Assembly (NCBI GenBank): GCA_963662285.2
Contig: CAXXMV010000006.1
Span: 960,001-1,024,000, forward strand
Reading direction: 5' to 3'
Length of the DNA stretch: 64,000 bases
DNA from: a bacterium
GTDB taxonomy: Bacteria > Hinthialibacterota > Hinthialibacteria > Hinthialibacterales > Hinthialibacteraceae
Positions 9,116-18,821 of this stretch are shown one piece after another; the first letter of the stretch is position 1; each line of letters starts with the position of its first letter. A program made the translations under genes and the position numbers. Below the pieces are notes generated by a model, which worked only from the letters and a program-made list of their open reading frames with translations, did no database searches and was not told the origin of the DNA.

Positions 9116-9293
9116 GTGGGTGCTGTAGCGGAGGTTGTATTAGAACTTCGACAGGGAATTTCGAGTGAACTGCCGAGGTACCGAACAACCTTCGAGGGTC
9201 GAAGGTTTCAACAAAGTTGGTGGCGGAGCTACCCTAACCTTCGGTACACTGAAAAGACCGGATACAAGCGGAGCTTGATACCGGTCTTTTTTC
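9116..9293 (+). ncRNA. Candidate structured small RNA (multi-hairpin, GCGGAG loops, own terminator)
   Basis: GC-rich island in AT-rich DNA with 5-6 hairpins and an enclosing stem gtaccgaa/ttcggtac. G-U pairs work only on the + strand. It ends in aaaagaccgg...ccggtctttttt. Confidence 0.65.
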
Positions 9294-9507
9294 TTTTAAA
9301 TTTTTTGTATTGATTTTATTAGTATTATGTTAGAAATATATTAAAGAGCTTTAAGTTACTCTTCTATTAATAATAAATCCGCCCTATTCTCTCAAAGTAT
9401 ATGTCCAAATAGATATCCAATTGAGTTCAAAAAGGTGACTTGGCGCCTAAACGTTTTATCTCAATATCAAGCAAATTGCATAAGGTATGGAAGGTTATTA
9501 ATAAATC

Positions 9508-11097
9508 ATGACCATTGATTCTCCAATGTTCATTTATATTACAGGTAGTTTATCGGTATTAATGCTCATCTGGTTAACTATTGAAGTTGGTAGAAATGAT
9601 GCGGCTAATATTGTTAATGCGGTTTTCGGCGCGCGGGTTCTTCGGCGTAAAACAGCAGTTAGAATTGCAGCGCTCACAGTCATTATTGGCGCCTGGGCAT
9701 CATCGCCAGTCATGGAAACTGCCCGTAAAGGCATTTTCGACCCCGCATCGATTCCTGTGCAAGATGCTCTTTGCATCTACCTGGCTGTATATCTGGTAGA
9801 TACAGTTCTTCTCTTTTCATTCTCCTCTTTTGGAATGCCAATATCAACTACCGCATGTCTGGTCTTTTCGCTTCTAGGTGGAGGTTTCGCTTTAGGCGGG
9901 GCGGATACAATTCAATGGGACACAAGTATTAAGGTTATTTTCGCCATTATATGTTCAATATTCATCAGCGGCGCACTGGGTTTTCTTATCCAACGAGCAT
10001 TCCGGGGGGCAATCGGACAGGAATGTGAAGACCCTGTCAAAGTACGACTGCACGGCCCATGGATCGCAGGCGCCTTGCTGACAGGTTTAGTCTATTTCAT
10101 CCTGATGAAAGGCATGAAAAAACATTCTTCTAATTGTTTCTTTACGTCAGATGACTATTGATATTCTCGGCGCCCCGACAGTTCTTCTATTGGTTTGGAT
10201 TTTCCTATCCTTTATTATTTGGATTATTATTTACATTTGGAAAGACAAAGTATCCCGCAAGCTTTTTGCAGCCATGGCGATAATCGGAATGCTTGCCATC
10301 GCCATTGCCTTTGGACAAAACGATCTTGCCAATTGCGCCTCACCAGGGGTAGCTTCATGGATGATCCTGGAAAATGGATTAGAAAATGCCCATCTAGCCC
10401 ATGAATATCCAGTACGTCCCGAACTGTTGTTAATCTGTGGATGTTTACTTGCATTTGGCATGATGAGTAAAACAGCGCAGCGCGTGACTCGTTCGGCGGT
10501 TAATACCGGGAGTCAGGGTGACGTCGTCCGGCTTTATGCTCCTGAATGGTGCGTTAAAATTGCGAAATTTATTACTCCCCCGGCAAGATCATGACGAATC
10601 TCTGGCGCCTGAACCTGAATATACTCCAAAACATAAACTTCAGCATTACGATGCCCTTCGCGCTGCCGTTATTACATCAGTTTCTGCCAGCGTTATTGCA
10701 TTCGCTTCTGGCATGGGGCTTCCAGTATCTACTACTTACGTTGCGTTTGCAGCAGTTATTTCAACCGGATGGGCGGATAGAATATTCCAGCGCGGAGATG
10801 CTCAGTTAAAACTGGGACGGACTATCTGGGTTGTGTTCTGCTGGTTTTTTTCCGCTTTTGTAGCGGCGATATTTAGCGGCGTCACTGCCAAAACTATTAA
10901 TTTAATGGGAACTTTTTGGCATCATCCTCGTTCTGGTAATTAACTTGTATGTACGTTGGTATTTCAAAAATAAATCAGATCAACAGGAAGAAAGACTTCA
11001 AAAGGAAGCGGATGAACGTCGACAACAAATAGTTGATGATTCTTACGACTCAACACAGATGCTTTTCGATTGTGATATCGATTCTGAAGAAGAGTAG
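9508..11097 (+). pseudogene. PiT-family inorganic phosphate transporter interrupted by three +1 frameshifts
   Basis: GRNDAAN, GMPISTT, GQNDLAN and GLPVSTT signatures are spread over frames 1, 2 and 3, with the tail back in frame 1. Removing one base each from A6 (10117), C5 (10577) and T5 (10913) gives a continuous ~528-aa ORF. Confidence 0.85.
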
Positions 11098-11227
11098 TAT
11101 TAAGCGCATTCATGGGAGTGTGGTTTATTCTTGGCTCTTCACCCAAATCTTATTCGGGTCGGGGGGGGGGGGCATTGTAATTAACTTAGGTTGTTTTAAC
11201 ATCCCCCTCACCCTGCCTTCTCCCGAA

Positions 11228-11730
11228 GGGCTACTCTCCGTACACATTGTTGTGAAATTGAAGCAGTGGCAACACGCCTACCTCTGATAAACTGAAAAAA
11301 ACACTCTATCAATAACCAGAGAGCATCAAAAAGGGGAGCATCGGCTTCTAGCCGGTACGCCAATCCCGTCGGTTCTCTTCACACAAAAAAGAATACTTTT
11401 CCACGATTTCAACCAATCCCATCCTAACCGTTTGCTTCTTTTGATGAAAAACTTTTAATGCTATGAAGTATTGTTGTGATCGAATGATATCCAAGGTTTG
11501 AAATTTCCAATAGCGTAAGGAGGATGTGCACGTGATCCCGCATCACAACACAAATCGGTTATTCATTTTTCATCCCCCTATTTCCATGGAAATGATTATG
11601 CGTAAAGGGGCTCATTCTATTCTATTTGACACACCGGCTAGAAGCCGATGCTCCCCGATCTATGATGCTCCCCGATCTATGATGTTCCCGTTTCATTCTC
11701 CTCTTTTGATTTGTGTACGGAGAGTAGCCC
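11228..11730. mobile_element. 503-bp TIR-bounded element carrying an inverted REP pair and a RAYT remnant, inserted in a family A REP loop
   Basis: 19-bp perfect TIR gggctactctccgtacaca / tgtgtacggagagtagccc. Inner 24-bp perfect IR at 11333-11356 / 11633-11656. Confidence 0.85.
11424..11549 (-). pseudogene. Remnant of a REP-associated tyrosine (HUH/Y1) transposase
   Basis: Manual translation VVMRDHVHILL...SITTILHSIKSFSSKEAN* shows the HUH motif and the IKSFS helix typical of RAYT/TnpA. Confidence 0.75.
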
Positions 11731-11761
11731 GATGAGAGAGGGGGCATGGTTAAACTACATT

Positions 11762-12874
11762 TCAGGAACGTCTGGATAGAAATTTTCTGGCTAAACTTTC
11801 ACCTTTTTTATCTCCGCCTTTTTTAGTTATTGAATCAATTAAAGACTGAGGATGACGCATGTGCATTTCCGCTTCCTCTCTGGTAATAAGTCCACGCTCA
11901 TAAAGACTGATTAACGAAGCGTCCATAGTTATCATGCCATCTTTGGCCCCGGTCTCAATTACGCTATAAAGTTGATGAGTTTTTCCTTCTCGAATAAGCG
12001 ATGCGGAGGCGTGAACGTTGCGCAGAATTTCGACGCTCAGTACGCGTCCATTACCAGAGGCTTTGGGGATTAAGCGTTGAGAAAACACCGACAGTAAACA
12101 CAATGACAACTGCACCCGCACCTGTTGCTGTTGGCGTTCTGGAAATACATCAATGACGCGGTCGATGGTTTGCACTGCGTCGTTGGTATGCAATGTGGCC
12201 AAAACCAGGTGTCCGGTCTCCGCAGCAGTCAAAGCGGCGGAAATTGTATCAAGGTCCCGCATCTCGCCTACCAGAATAACGTCGGGGTCCTGGCGTAAAC
12301 AATACTTGAGAGCAGTTGAAAATGAATGTGTATCTCCACCCAATTCACGTTGATCAATCACGCTGCTTTTATGATGATGAATATATTCAATCGGGTCTTC
12401 AACCGAAATTATATGGCAGCACTTGTTGGTGTTGATCAGATCAATCATGGAGGCCATAGTGGTTGATTTACCATGACCAGTCGGACCGGTGATGAGGATC
12501 AAACCCTGAGGCGCAAAGGAAAGATCATAAACCAGCGGCGGCAGGCCTAAAGTCTTTAATTTGGGGATATCACTTGAAATCGGGCGAAAAGCGGCAGCCA
12601 CGCAGCCTTTTTGTAAATAAATATTGACGCGAAAGCGATGTTCGATTCCCATACCCAGAGAAAGATCAAGTTCCTTTTCTTCCTCGAATCTCATACGTTG
12701 CTGCTCATTAAGAAGACTATATACCAAGCGCTTCACTTCTTTAGGAGACAAAACGGGAAAATCCATTTGCCTAAAGGTTCCGTCAACCCGGTTCATGGGA
12801 GGCGCTCCGGCAGTCAATAACAAATCAGAGGCGCCAATGCGGGTAGTTATTTCAAACAGGTCAGATATTTCCAT
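11762..12874 (-). CDS. pilT: Type IV pilus retraction ATPase PilT
   Basis: ASDLLL, GPTGHGKSTT, EDPIEY, LRQDPDVILVGEMRD, AAETGHLV..TLHT and SLIREGKTHQ motifs. Confidence 0.93.
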   Translation of the reverse strand: MEISDLFEITTRIGASDLLLTAGAPPMNRVDGTFRQMDFPVLSPKEVKRLVYSLLNEQQRMRFEEEKELDLSLGMGIEHRFRVNIYLQKGCVAAAFRPISSDIPKLKTLGLPPLVYDLSFAPQGLILITGPTGHGKSTTMASMIDLINTNKCCHIISVEDPIEYIHHHKSSVIDQRELGGDTHSFSTALKYCLRQDPDVILVGEMRDLDTISAALTAAETGHLVLATLHTNDAVQTIDRVIDVFPERQQQQVRVQLSLCLLSVFSQRLIPKASGNGRVLSVEILRNVHASASLIREGKTHQLYSVIETGAKDGMITMDASLISLYERGLITREEAEMHMRHPQSLIDSITKKGGDKKGESLARKFLSRRS

Positions 12875-13182
12875 GCCGTAATGCTCCTTGATCTAATAAG
12901 GTTATATCATTAATAGTAATCATAACTTGATATATTGTCGATAAAATATTGTTTGATTTAGAGCGATTCTCAAAACAAAATGCGTCAATGCGCATATATT
13001 TTTGTTAACCGCTCTAGATTGGTTTTCATAATAATATTCTGATTCACGACGATCGCTCTAACCCAATGAACGATACATCAATACATAAGGTTTAGAGTAG
13101 TTCATAAAAATAAATAAAAAAACCTCCAAGAATGACTGTGGAAATTCCAGGAGGTTTCTATTTATGTTCAAGGTTATAAAGT

Positions 13183-14358
13183 TTACGGCTTGAAAGTCAC
13201 GCTTTTTTGAACTACCGGAGACCAGATGCCAGCTTTATTTTGAGCAGCCACCATGAAATAGTATTCCTGGTATACCGGCGGTTTTAAGAAAGGGATGCTG
13301 ATAAAGTTCTTTTTGACGTCAATCTTTCTCTGAAAAGGTTTGCGTCTATCCTGGGTAAAAAAGCAGGCGTATCCTTCGATGTCGGCAATATCATCCTGAG
13401 ACTCTGTCCATCTCCAATCTATGCTGATCGGTTTTAATTCATATTTCAGGTCAGTTGGCGCAGAGGGTGGAGTTTCATCAATTGTCGTCGCAATGAAATC
13501 ACGGTTTTTCCATAAACGAACCGCATCGATTCGCATCAAATAGTCTTGAGTCAGGTCGATTTGATGAATCGGTTTAATAAAAGCCAGTGTTTGAATATCC
13601 TGGCGGTTTTCCGGTTCGCCCAGGAATTCATTCAGGTCAACGATAATGGAATGCCATTGGTTGATTTTATCACTATCCTCAGCAAAACGGGTAATGGGTG
13701 AGCGGACTCCAACTTTTGAAGATTCAATCCATAATTCCATACCATCAGGAATATTGCCGAAATAATAAAATTCCAAATAACGATAAGAAGACCAATCACG
13801 GGCAGCGATATCTTTAGTAAAACGAAGCCCGATCAATGCATCCAGGGGTATTTTATCTTTATCTTCATTTGCATAATGAGAACTGAAAGAGAACTGAAAG
13901 CAACCTTTCCCTTGAATCGCTGCATTCTGGTGCAATTGCACTGATCGCCTGAAGCCTCCGACTGAAACAACCGGAGCAATGCTAGATCCCTTGCCAGAGA
14001 AATCGAAATCGGCCAGTTCTATCATTTCTCCGCCTCCAGAAGAAAAAGCCGCTGATCGAAACTCCACTTTCTGACCGTGAGTTCCTTGATAGTATCCTTG
14101 GGTGGCTGAGGTTAATTCCAAACCAGATATTTTTTCCCAAGGGCCTGGTTTATCTTCTGTGATCAAACGATGATAAATAGAATAAGAGACATCGTGGACT
14201 GTTTCATCACAGCCCCATTGCAATAATAAATTATTCGGAGAATATGGCGAAATAGGTTTAATAGTTGAAGACGGAGCGGCGGCCAATACTGGCGAGACTC
14301 CAAGAAATAAGATTGATATGCAGAATCCGAAGGCGAGAAGGCTTCTCATCGATAACAT
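13183..14358 (-). CDS. Secreted protein with a carbohydrate-binding-like domain and a C-terminal FN3-like domain
   Basis: Signal peptide, DWSSYRYLEF, and DETPPSAP...Y.F.VAAQNKAGIWS. Confidence 0.6.
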   Translation of the reverse strand: MLSMRSLLAFGFCISILFLGVSPVLAAAPSSTIKPISPYSPNNLLLQWGCDETVHDVSYSIYHRLITEDKPGPWEKISGLELTSATQGYYQGTHGQKVEFRSAAFSSGGGEMIELADFDFSGKGSSIAPVVSVGGFRRSVQLHQNAAIQGKGCFQFSFSSHYANEDKDKIPLDALIGLRFTKDIAARDWSSYRYLEFYYFGNIPDGMELWIESSKVGVRSPITRFAEDSDKINQWHSIIVDLNEFLGEPENRQDIQTLAFIKPIHQIDLTQDYLMRIDAVRLWKNRDFIATTIDETPPSAPTDLKYELKPISIDWRWTESQDDIADIEGYACFFTQDRRKPFQRKIDVKKNFISIPFLKPPVYQEYYFMVAAQNKAGIWSPVVQKSVTFKP

Positions 14359-14578
14359 CCATCCTTTGACTAATATTTACACAAGAATACGGGATTAAAC
14401 ATTATAAGTAACGACGCAGTTTGAATCAAAGCCATTGGAATATCTATTCTCACTTAAAAATCTGGAAAAGATTGGCTTTTTGGGAATTTCGATGCGATAA
14501 TACGTGGATATATCGTTGATAATTGTTTTACTATCAAAATTGTTGTATAAATTTATTTAATTCCACAGGAGGATAGCA

Positions 14579-15103
14579 ATGAACTTTACCGAATTATTGA
14601 AATCAGAAATGGTATTAGCCTACAAAACAACCGAAAACCTGATGGATTTGGTTGATGCAGACCAACTGGATTGGAAACCATCCCAGGAGAATAACTGGAT
14701 GACGATGGGGCAATTGCTCAGGCATATCTCAGATGCCTGCGGCGGAGGCTTCAAAGGCTTTGTGACCGGTGATTGGGGAATGCCTAAAGATGTTGACGTC
14801 AGCAAACTTTCTCCTGAGGAGATGCTGCCGCCAGCGGAAAAATTTCCGTCGGTCGATAGCCTGGATCAAGCCAGGAAAATGCTGGCCGATGATAAGCAAC
14901 TGGCTTATGAAATGCTAGAGAAATGTAACGAAGATGACCTGAATAACAAGATCATAACCGCCCCCTGGGATCCGACGGAGAAAATCATGGGCAGCCAAAT
15001 GCTGATGATCGTAACCCACTTGACTCAGCATAAGTGCCAATTATTCTATTATCTGAAATTACAAGGCAAGCCAGTTAATACCGGGCATTTATGGGGTATG
15101 TAA
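14579..15103 (+). CDS. DinB-family protein
   Basis: LDWKP...MTMGQLLRHI and HLTQHKCQLFYYLKLQG motifs. AGGAGG RBS. Confidence 0.85.
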   Translation: MNFTELLKSEMVLAYKTTENLMDLVDADQLDWKPSQENNWMTMGQLLRHISDACGGGFKGFVTGDWGMPKDVDVSKLSPEEMLPPAEKFPSVDSLDQARKMLADDKQLAYEMLEKCNEDDLNNKIITAPWDPTEKIMGSQMLMIVTHLTQHKCQLFYYLKLQGKPVNTGHLWGM

Positions 15104-15181
15104 TAACATTACTTGATGTCTATGGAAGGGAGATAGGTGATGAGCGCCTTCTCCCTTCTTGGATTTGAGTAAGAAAATTTA

Positions 15182-15928
15182 GTGAATAAGGAAAATTTGG
15201 GAATGAAATCAGAAGACATGAATATTAAGAATACTCCCTTTTCACGTTTGGTTGTTGAAGATGAGGATCTTTCCCTCGCTCGCAGTGAGTATGCATCATT
15301 ATCAGATAGGGAAAGATGGTCTGCGGCTGATTATCAATATCATTCCAGCATCGCATCCGATATGTTTAATCAGGCGATAGGAATGATTAATGATGAGGAG
15401 GTGGAGTTGTACTATGGTGAACTGCTGGCCTTGGCAATTGATCCCAAATATGCTCCTGCTCTTTTATCTGTGGGGACGATTGAATATTACTATGGAAGGC
15501 CTGAGGAAGGCATGAAATATTTATGTGAACTCGCAGCCTTGCCGCCCGATACTGAAGATATTGCTGAAATAATTGATAAGGCGGGCGATTTTCTAACTGG
15601 AAACCAGGATTATGAAGGCGCCTTAATATTGTATGAGGCTGCATCTAACAAAAATCCTGATGAACCAATATACCACGATGGCTTGAGCTATTGCCGTGGT
15701 AAATTAGGACAATACCAACTAGCAGTAGATGAAGCCCGGATTACTGTTGATCTTGAACCTGATAACCATATTTACTTATCAAATCTGGGTTGGTCGCTTG
15801 TAGAAGCAGAAGAATACGATGAAGCGCAATCTGTCCTTGAGCGGGCTGTCGAATTGTCGCCTTCAGATTATGATATGGCTCAAGCAAACCTTGATGAATT
15901 ACTCAAAAGAAAAAAGAAGAAACGATAA
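15182..15928 (+). CDS. Tetratricopeptide repeat protein
   Basis: Several TPR-like helical repeats (YLSNLGWSL..A...LERAVELSP). Confidence 0.8.
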   Translation: MNKENLGMKSEDMNIKNTPFSRLVVEDEDLSLARSEYASLSDRERWSAADYQYHSSIASDMFNQAIGMINDEEVELYYGELLALAIDPKYAPALLSVGTIEYYYGRPEEGMKYLCELAALPPDTEDIAEIIDKAGDFLTGNQDYEGALILYEAASNKNPDEPIYHDGLSYCRGKLGQYQLAVDEARITVDLEPDNHIYLSNLGWSLVEAEEYDEAQSVLERAVELSPSDYDMAQANLDELLKRKKKKR

Positions 15929-15968
15929 AGTTGTTGACAATATTGTATTCCAATCACCAAACCACTCA

Positions 15969-17516
15969 TCAAATAATCCGCGCATATTCATCCAAGGATA
16001 GTTTCCATACTTTTTCGCCACAGAATCTTTCTCCTTCGGGGCAGATGGGTTTTTGGTGAGCCATTGATCTGAGGGTGCATGGGGGTAGGAGATATTGGCC
16101 TATTTTGGGATTTACTTTTGATATCTGTTTGGCTTCATCAAGCGAGGCATTCCATATCTCTTCCTGAGCGTTGTAGCATAGGCGCATGGCGTGTTTGTGG
16201 CGCAGGTTTAGCAGGTCGGATGATTCGGTGTAGCGTATCGAGACGGCGTTGGGCAGCAGGTATTGCGTGAATTGCTGATCGACGCCTAATGCACGCAATT
16301 GTTCGATGGCTTCCCAACTGCGGATCATGGCTGCCTTATATTGGCTGAGGGCGTCGTCATCCAACTTGATCAACTCAGGCGTTATGTAATCCGGTTGGTT
16401 GGTCAGGTGTCCGGCCAGAATGGGACGTGATGCGGGGGTCATGCGGTGGCGTTGATCCTGCGAATCAGCGGTATGGCTGATTTTACGGCGGAAGGTATAA
16501 GAAGGATGAAACAGGCAGCGCGATAGTTTTGCGATAGTGGTCAAATTGAGCGACTCGCCTAACAGGCGGTTGCGTCCGGGATCAAGAGCTAACGAGATGG
16601 CTTCCTCATCGGAGAGAGCGGCTTGCGGCAAACCCAGAGTCTCTCTGACCGAAGCGGCCAGGACTGTTTCGTTATTGGTTTTCCAATCGATCAATTTGGA
16701 TACCTTGCCATCAAGGCTTTGGTCGAATTCATCAATGAATGTTCTGGTATGATCATGGCCTTGGTGCAGGGAAGAGAACAATTCAACTTCGGGAATGGCG
16801 TCAGACTCAAGCGGTTCTTCCAGAATTACTTTGAACTTGGGTTCGGCTTCCAGCAGCAGGCGCACCATTTTGCCGATAACCAGTGATTGTTCCAGGGGCA
16901 GGTCATGTTGCTGGCAGAGGCGGTAATAGCGCAGCAGGGTTATGCCGCTAACGGTATGATATAAATATGCGAAAGTAGCCACCGGGAGCACGTATCGGGC
17001 GGTCTCCTGGGCTTTCTTCTTAACCTCATCCTGGAATTTCTTGGTATCTGTTGGACGTTGGGGGAACCTGTTGTGTAGTTCTCTTTGAACCAGGGGGGCT
17101 AACTTTTCGCATAGGGAGCGGTATTGATCCATCTGATAGGCCAGGGTGGAGTTATAAATCTCCAGGGCTTTGCCCTCTAAGGGAGGGATAACAGCGGCGC
17201 CCGGTTTTACTGCTACATAACGCTGGCTGACCTGCTCGGAATTATAGTATGGGTGGCTGTGCAGAAACGACCATAGAAAATGGCGCGAGACATTGTCAAT
17301 GCTGAACTGAAAATGCGCATGTTGCAAGGTCGTATGGTGTCCCGCTTTGTACAGGCTATTGGCGAGGAAATCCCATTTTTCGGTGATATCTTCTTCATGG
17401 ATAATGCCGCGCGATGAATAACAGGTGCGGGCCGTTGCCAGAAAGTTGTTGTATGCTCCATCAAACCGTTTGACAAGAGTTACTTGCGGCTCGTTGGATA
17501 GAAAAGTTTTATTCAT
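15969..17516 (-). CDS. thyX: FAD-dependent thymidylate synthase, tandem two-domain form
   Basis: ARTCYS, GHHTTLQH, SQRYV and ARYVLP in domain 1. QDQRHRM, YLLPNA and RLCYNAQEEI in domain 2. Confidence 0.8.
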   Translation of the reverse strand: MNKTFLSNEPQVTLVKRFDGAYNNFLATARTCYSSRGIIHEEDITEKWDFLANSLYKAGHHTTLQHAHFQFSIDNVSRHFLWSFLHSHPYYNSEQVSQRYVAVKPGAAVIPPLEGKALEIYNSTLAYQMDQYRSLCEKLAPLVQRELHNRFPQRPTDTKKFQDEVKKKAQETARYVLPVATFAYLYHTVSGITLLRYYRLCQQHDLPLEQSLVIGKMVRLLLEAEPKFKVILEEPLESDAIPEVELFSSLHQGHDHTRTFIDEFDQSLDGKVSKLIDWKTNNETVLAASVRETLGLPQAALSDEEAISLALDPGRNRLLGESLNLTTIAKLSRCLFHPSYTFRRKISHTADSQDQRHRMTPASRPILAGHLTNQPDYITPELIKLDDDALSQYKAAMIRSWEAIEQLRALGVDQQFTQYLLPNAVSIRYTESSDLLNLRHKHAMRLCYNAQEEIWNASLDEAKQISKVNPKIGQYLLPPCTLRSMAHQKPICPEGERFCGEKVWKLSLDEYARII

Positions 17517-17675
17517 TCCTCAACCTTTGTATGCATTATTCAGTAGGACTATTCATATTTTGGCAGATTGATATGTTTGATCCTTTCCTCAAGTTTGGGG
17601 GAGTTAGAGGGGAGTTGAACAGTCAAAGCGCAACCCCCCTCTAACTCCCCCCAGGCTTGGGGGGAGAATTTTATA

Positions 17676-17900
17676 TCAATGCTTTGCATCGAGCATAGTT
17701 TTTCTTTGAGGATATAGATATCCACGCAGATCGTCTAGAGATGGTTTGGGATCAGTTTTAGACGATATCTGCTCTTGAGACGGTTTTTTCGTTTGATTCG
17801 GCGCTGTTTTCTTTACTGGAGTCGTTGAGCATGCCGATATAAATAACAATATTATCGCGCATAGAAAGTAATGCTTCGTTCGATTGATTAAATCCATCAT
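17676..17900 (-). CDS. Small putative lipoprotein
   Basis: Hydrophobic stretch with lipobox ISAC, then a low-complexity tail. Confidence 0.6.
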   Translation of the reverse strand: MMDLINRTKHYFLCAIILLFISACSTTPVKKTAPNQTKKPSQEQISSKTDPKPSLDDLRGYLYPQRKTMLDAKH

Positions 17901-17963
17901 ATTTGTTCCTAAACCGCGCTTCCCAATCATTGTTGAAACGCTCATAATCTATTAATAATTTTA

Positions 17964-18614
17964 ATGTTGAAAGGAAAACCGAATATGTGTTTCAACCGTT
18001 TATGGTGGAGACTGTTTTCCGTTACTATTTTTTTTATATCTGTTGCGCCTTATTATAGTTATGCCGCAGTTGTTAATACTAATAAGGGCTCGATTTCCGG
18101 CCGGGTAATCGTCCGTGAAGCTCCAGACCGGCTGGTTGTTACTATCTTGACGCAAGATAAGCGTCTTTTCCAGTTTTACGCTAGAGATGTTCTATGTGTA
18201 ACGGCTGCAAAAAAAGTTTTAATTGGACATGCTGCTCCCATAGTCAGTGAACCGGATATTTCTTTAGCTACATCTTTTGTTCTCCCCAAAGGTATGGAGA
18301 TTATAATTATTGAAGAAAAAACAGTTAAGAACAATGAATCCGGCAAGAAAGAGGATTCATCTGATTCAAATACAAAAAGCTCATCGGCAAACGAAATTGA
18401 CCAAAAATGGGTCAAGGTCAGAGCATGGGGAAATGTTGAAGGATGGATTCTTAGCAATGTGTTAAGTGATAGCATCGTTTTTACTCCACAGGAACAGGCT
18501 ATCCCGCTGAAAAAAACAAATATTAAACAAGATACAGCCTCTTCTGATGATACTGAATCTGACGTTGCCGAAAGCGCTGTTTCTGCAACATATACTAACA
18601 CACTGGAAAAATAG
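17964..18614 (+). CDS. Secreted protein with an SH3b-like domain
   Basis: Signal peptide and WVKVR....EGWI. Confidence 0.6.
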   Translation: MLKGKPNMCFNRLWWRLFSVTIFFISVAPYYSYAAVVNTNKGSISGRVIVREAPDRLVVTILTQDKRLFQFYARDVLCVTAAKKVLIGHAAPIVSEPDISLATSFVLPKGMEIIIIEEKTVKNNESGKKEDSSDSNTKSSSANEIDQKWVKVRAWGNVEGWILSNVLSDSIVFTPQEQAIPLKKTNIKQDTASSDDTESDVAESAVSATYTNTLEK

Positions 18615-18649
18615 GAGTTCAATCATTAATAATTCTACTTAGTATAATG

Positions 18650-18770
18650 CAATATGCACAAGTTATCCACAGGTTGTACCAGATTGGATATAGTTCTATA
18701 GAACTTTTACTAAACTGTTTTAATAGGTTATTAATATTTTAATAACAAGTTATCCACAGCTTGTGGATAG
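18650..18770. promoter_or_regulatory. DnaA-box cluster flanking an AT-rich tract
   Basis: Perfect TTATCCACA at 18663 and 18750, inverted TGTGGATAG at 18762, and near-match ATATGCACA at 18652. Confidence 0.7.
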
Positions 18771-18821
18771 TTTACAACTTTGAAAAAACTCAGATAATTA
18801 TAGGTTCAAGGGGAGCGCGAA

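Noticed and set aside
9116-9293. Identity as tRNA, SRP, 6S, tmRNA or a known riboswitch
   Set aside because: I saw no cloverleaf, SRP helix-8 motif, single long 6S rod or aptamer consensus that I recognise. An Rfam scan is still needed.
9116-9313. 65-aa ORF over the structured island
   Set aside because: GTG start with no convincing RBS, no recognisable motif, and it runs through a terminator. An RNA explains the sequence better.
11033-11735. ORFs 11033-11287 and 11526-11735 on the + strand
   Set aside because: They read through repeats, a G-run and the antisense of the RAYT relic.
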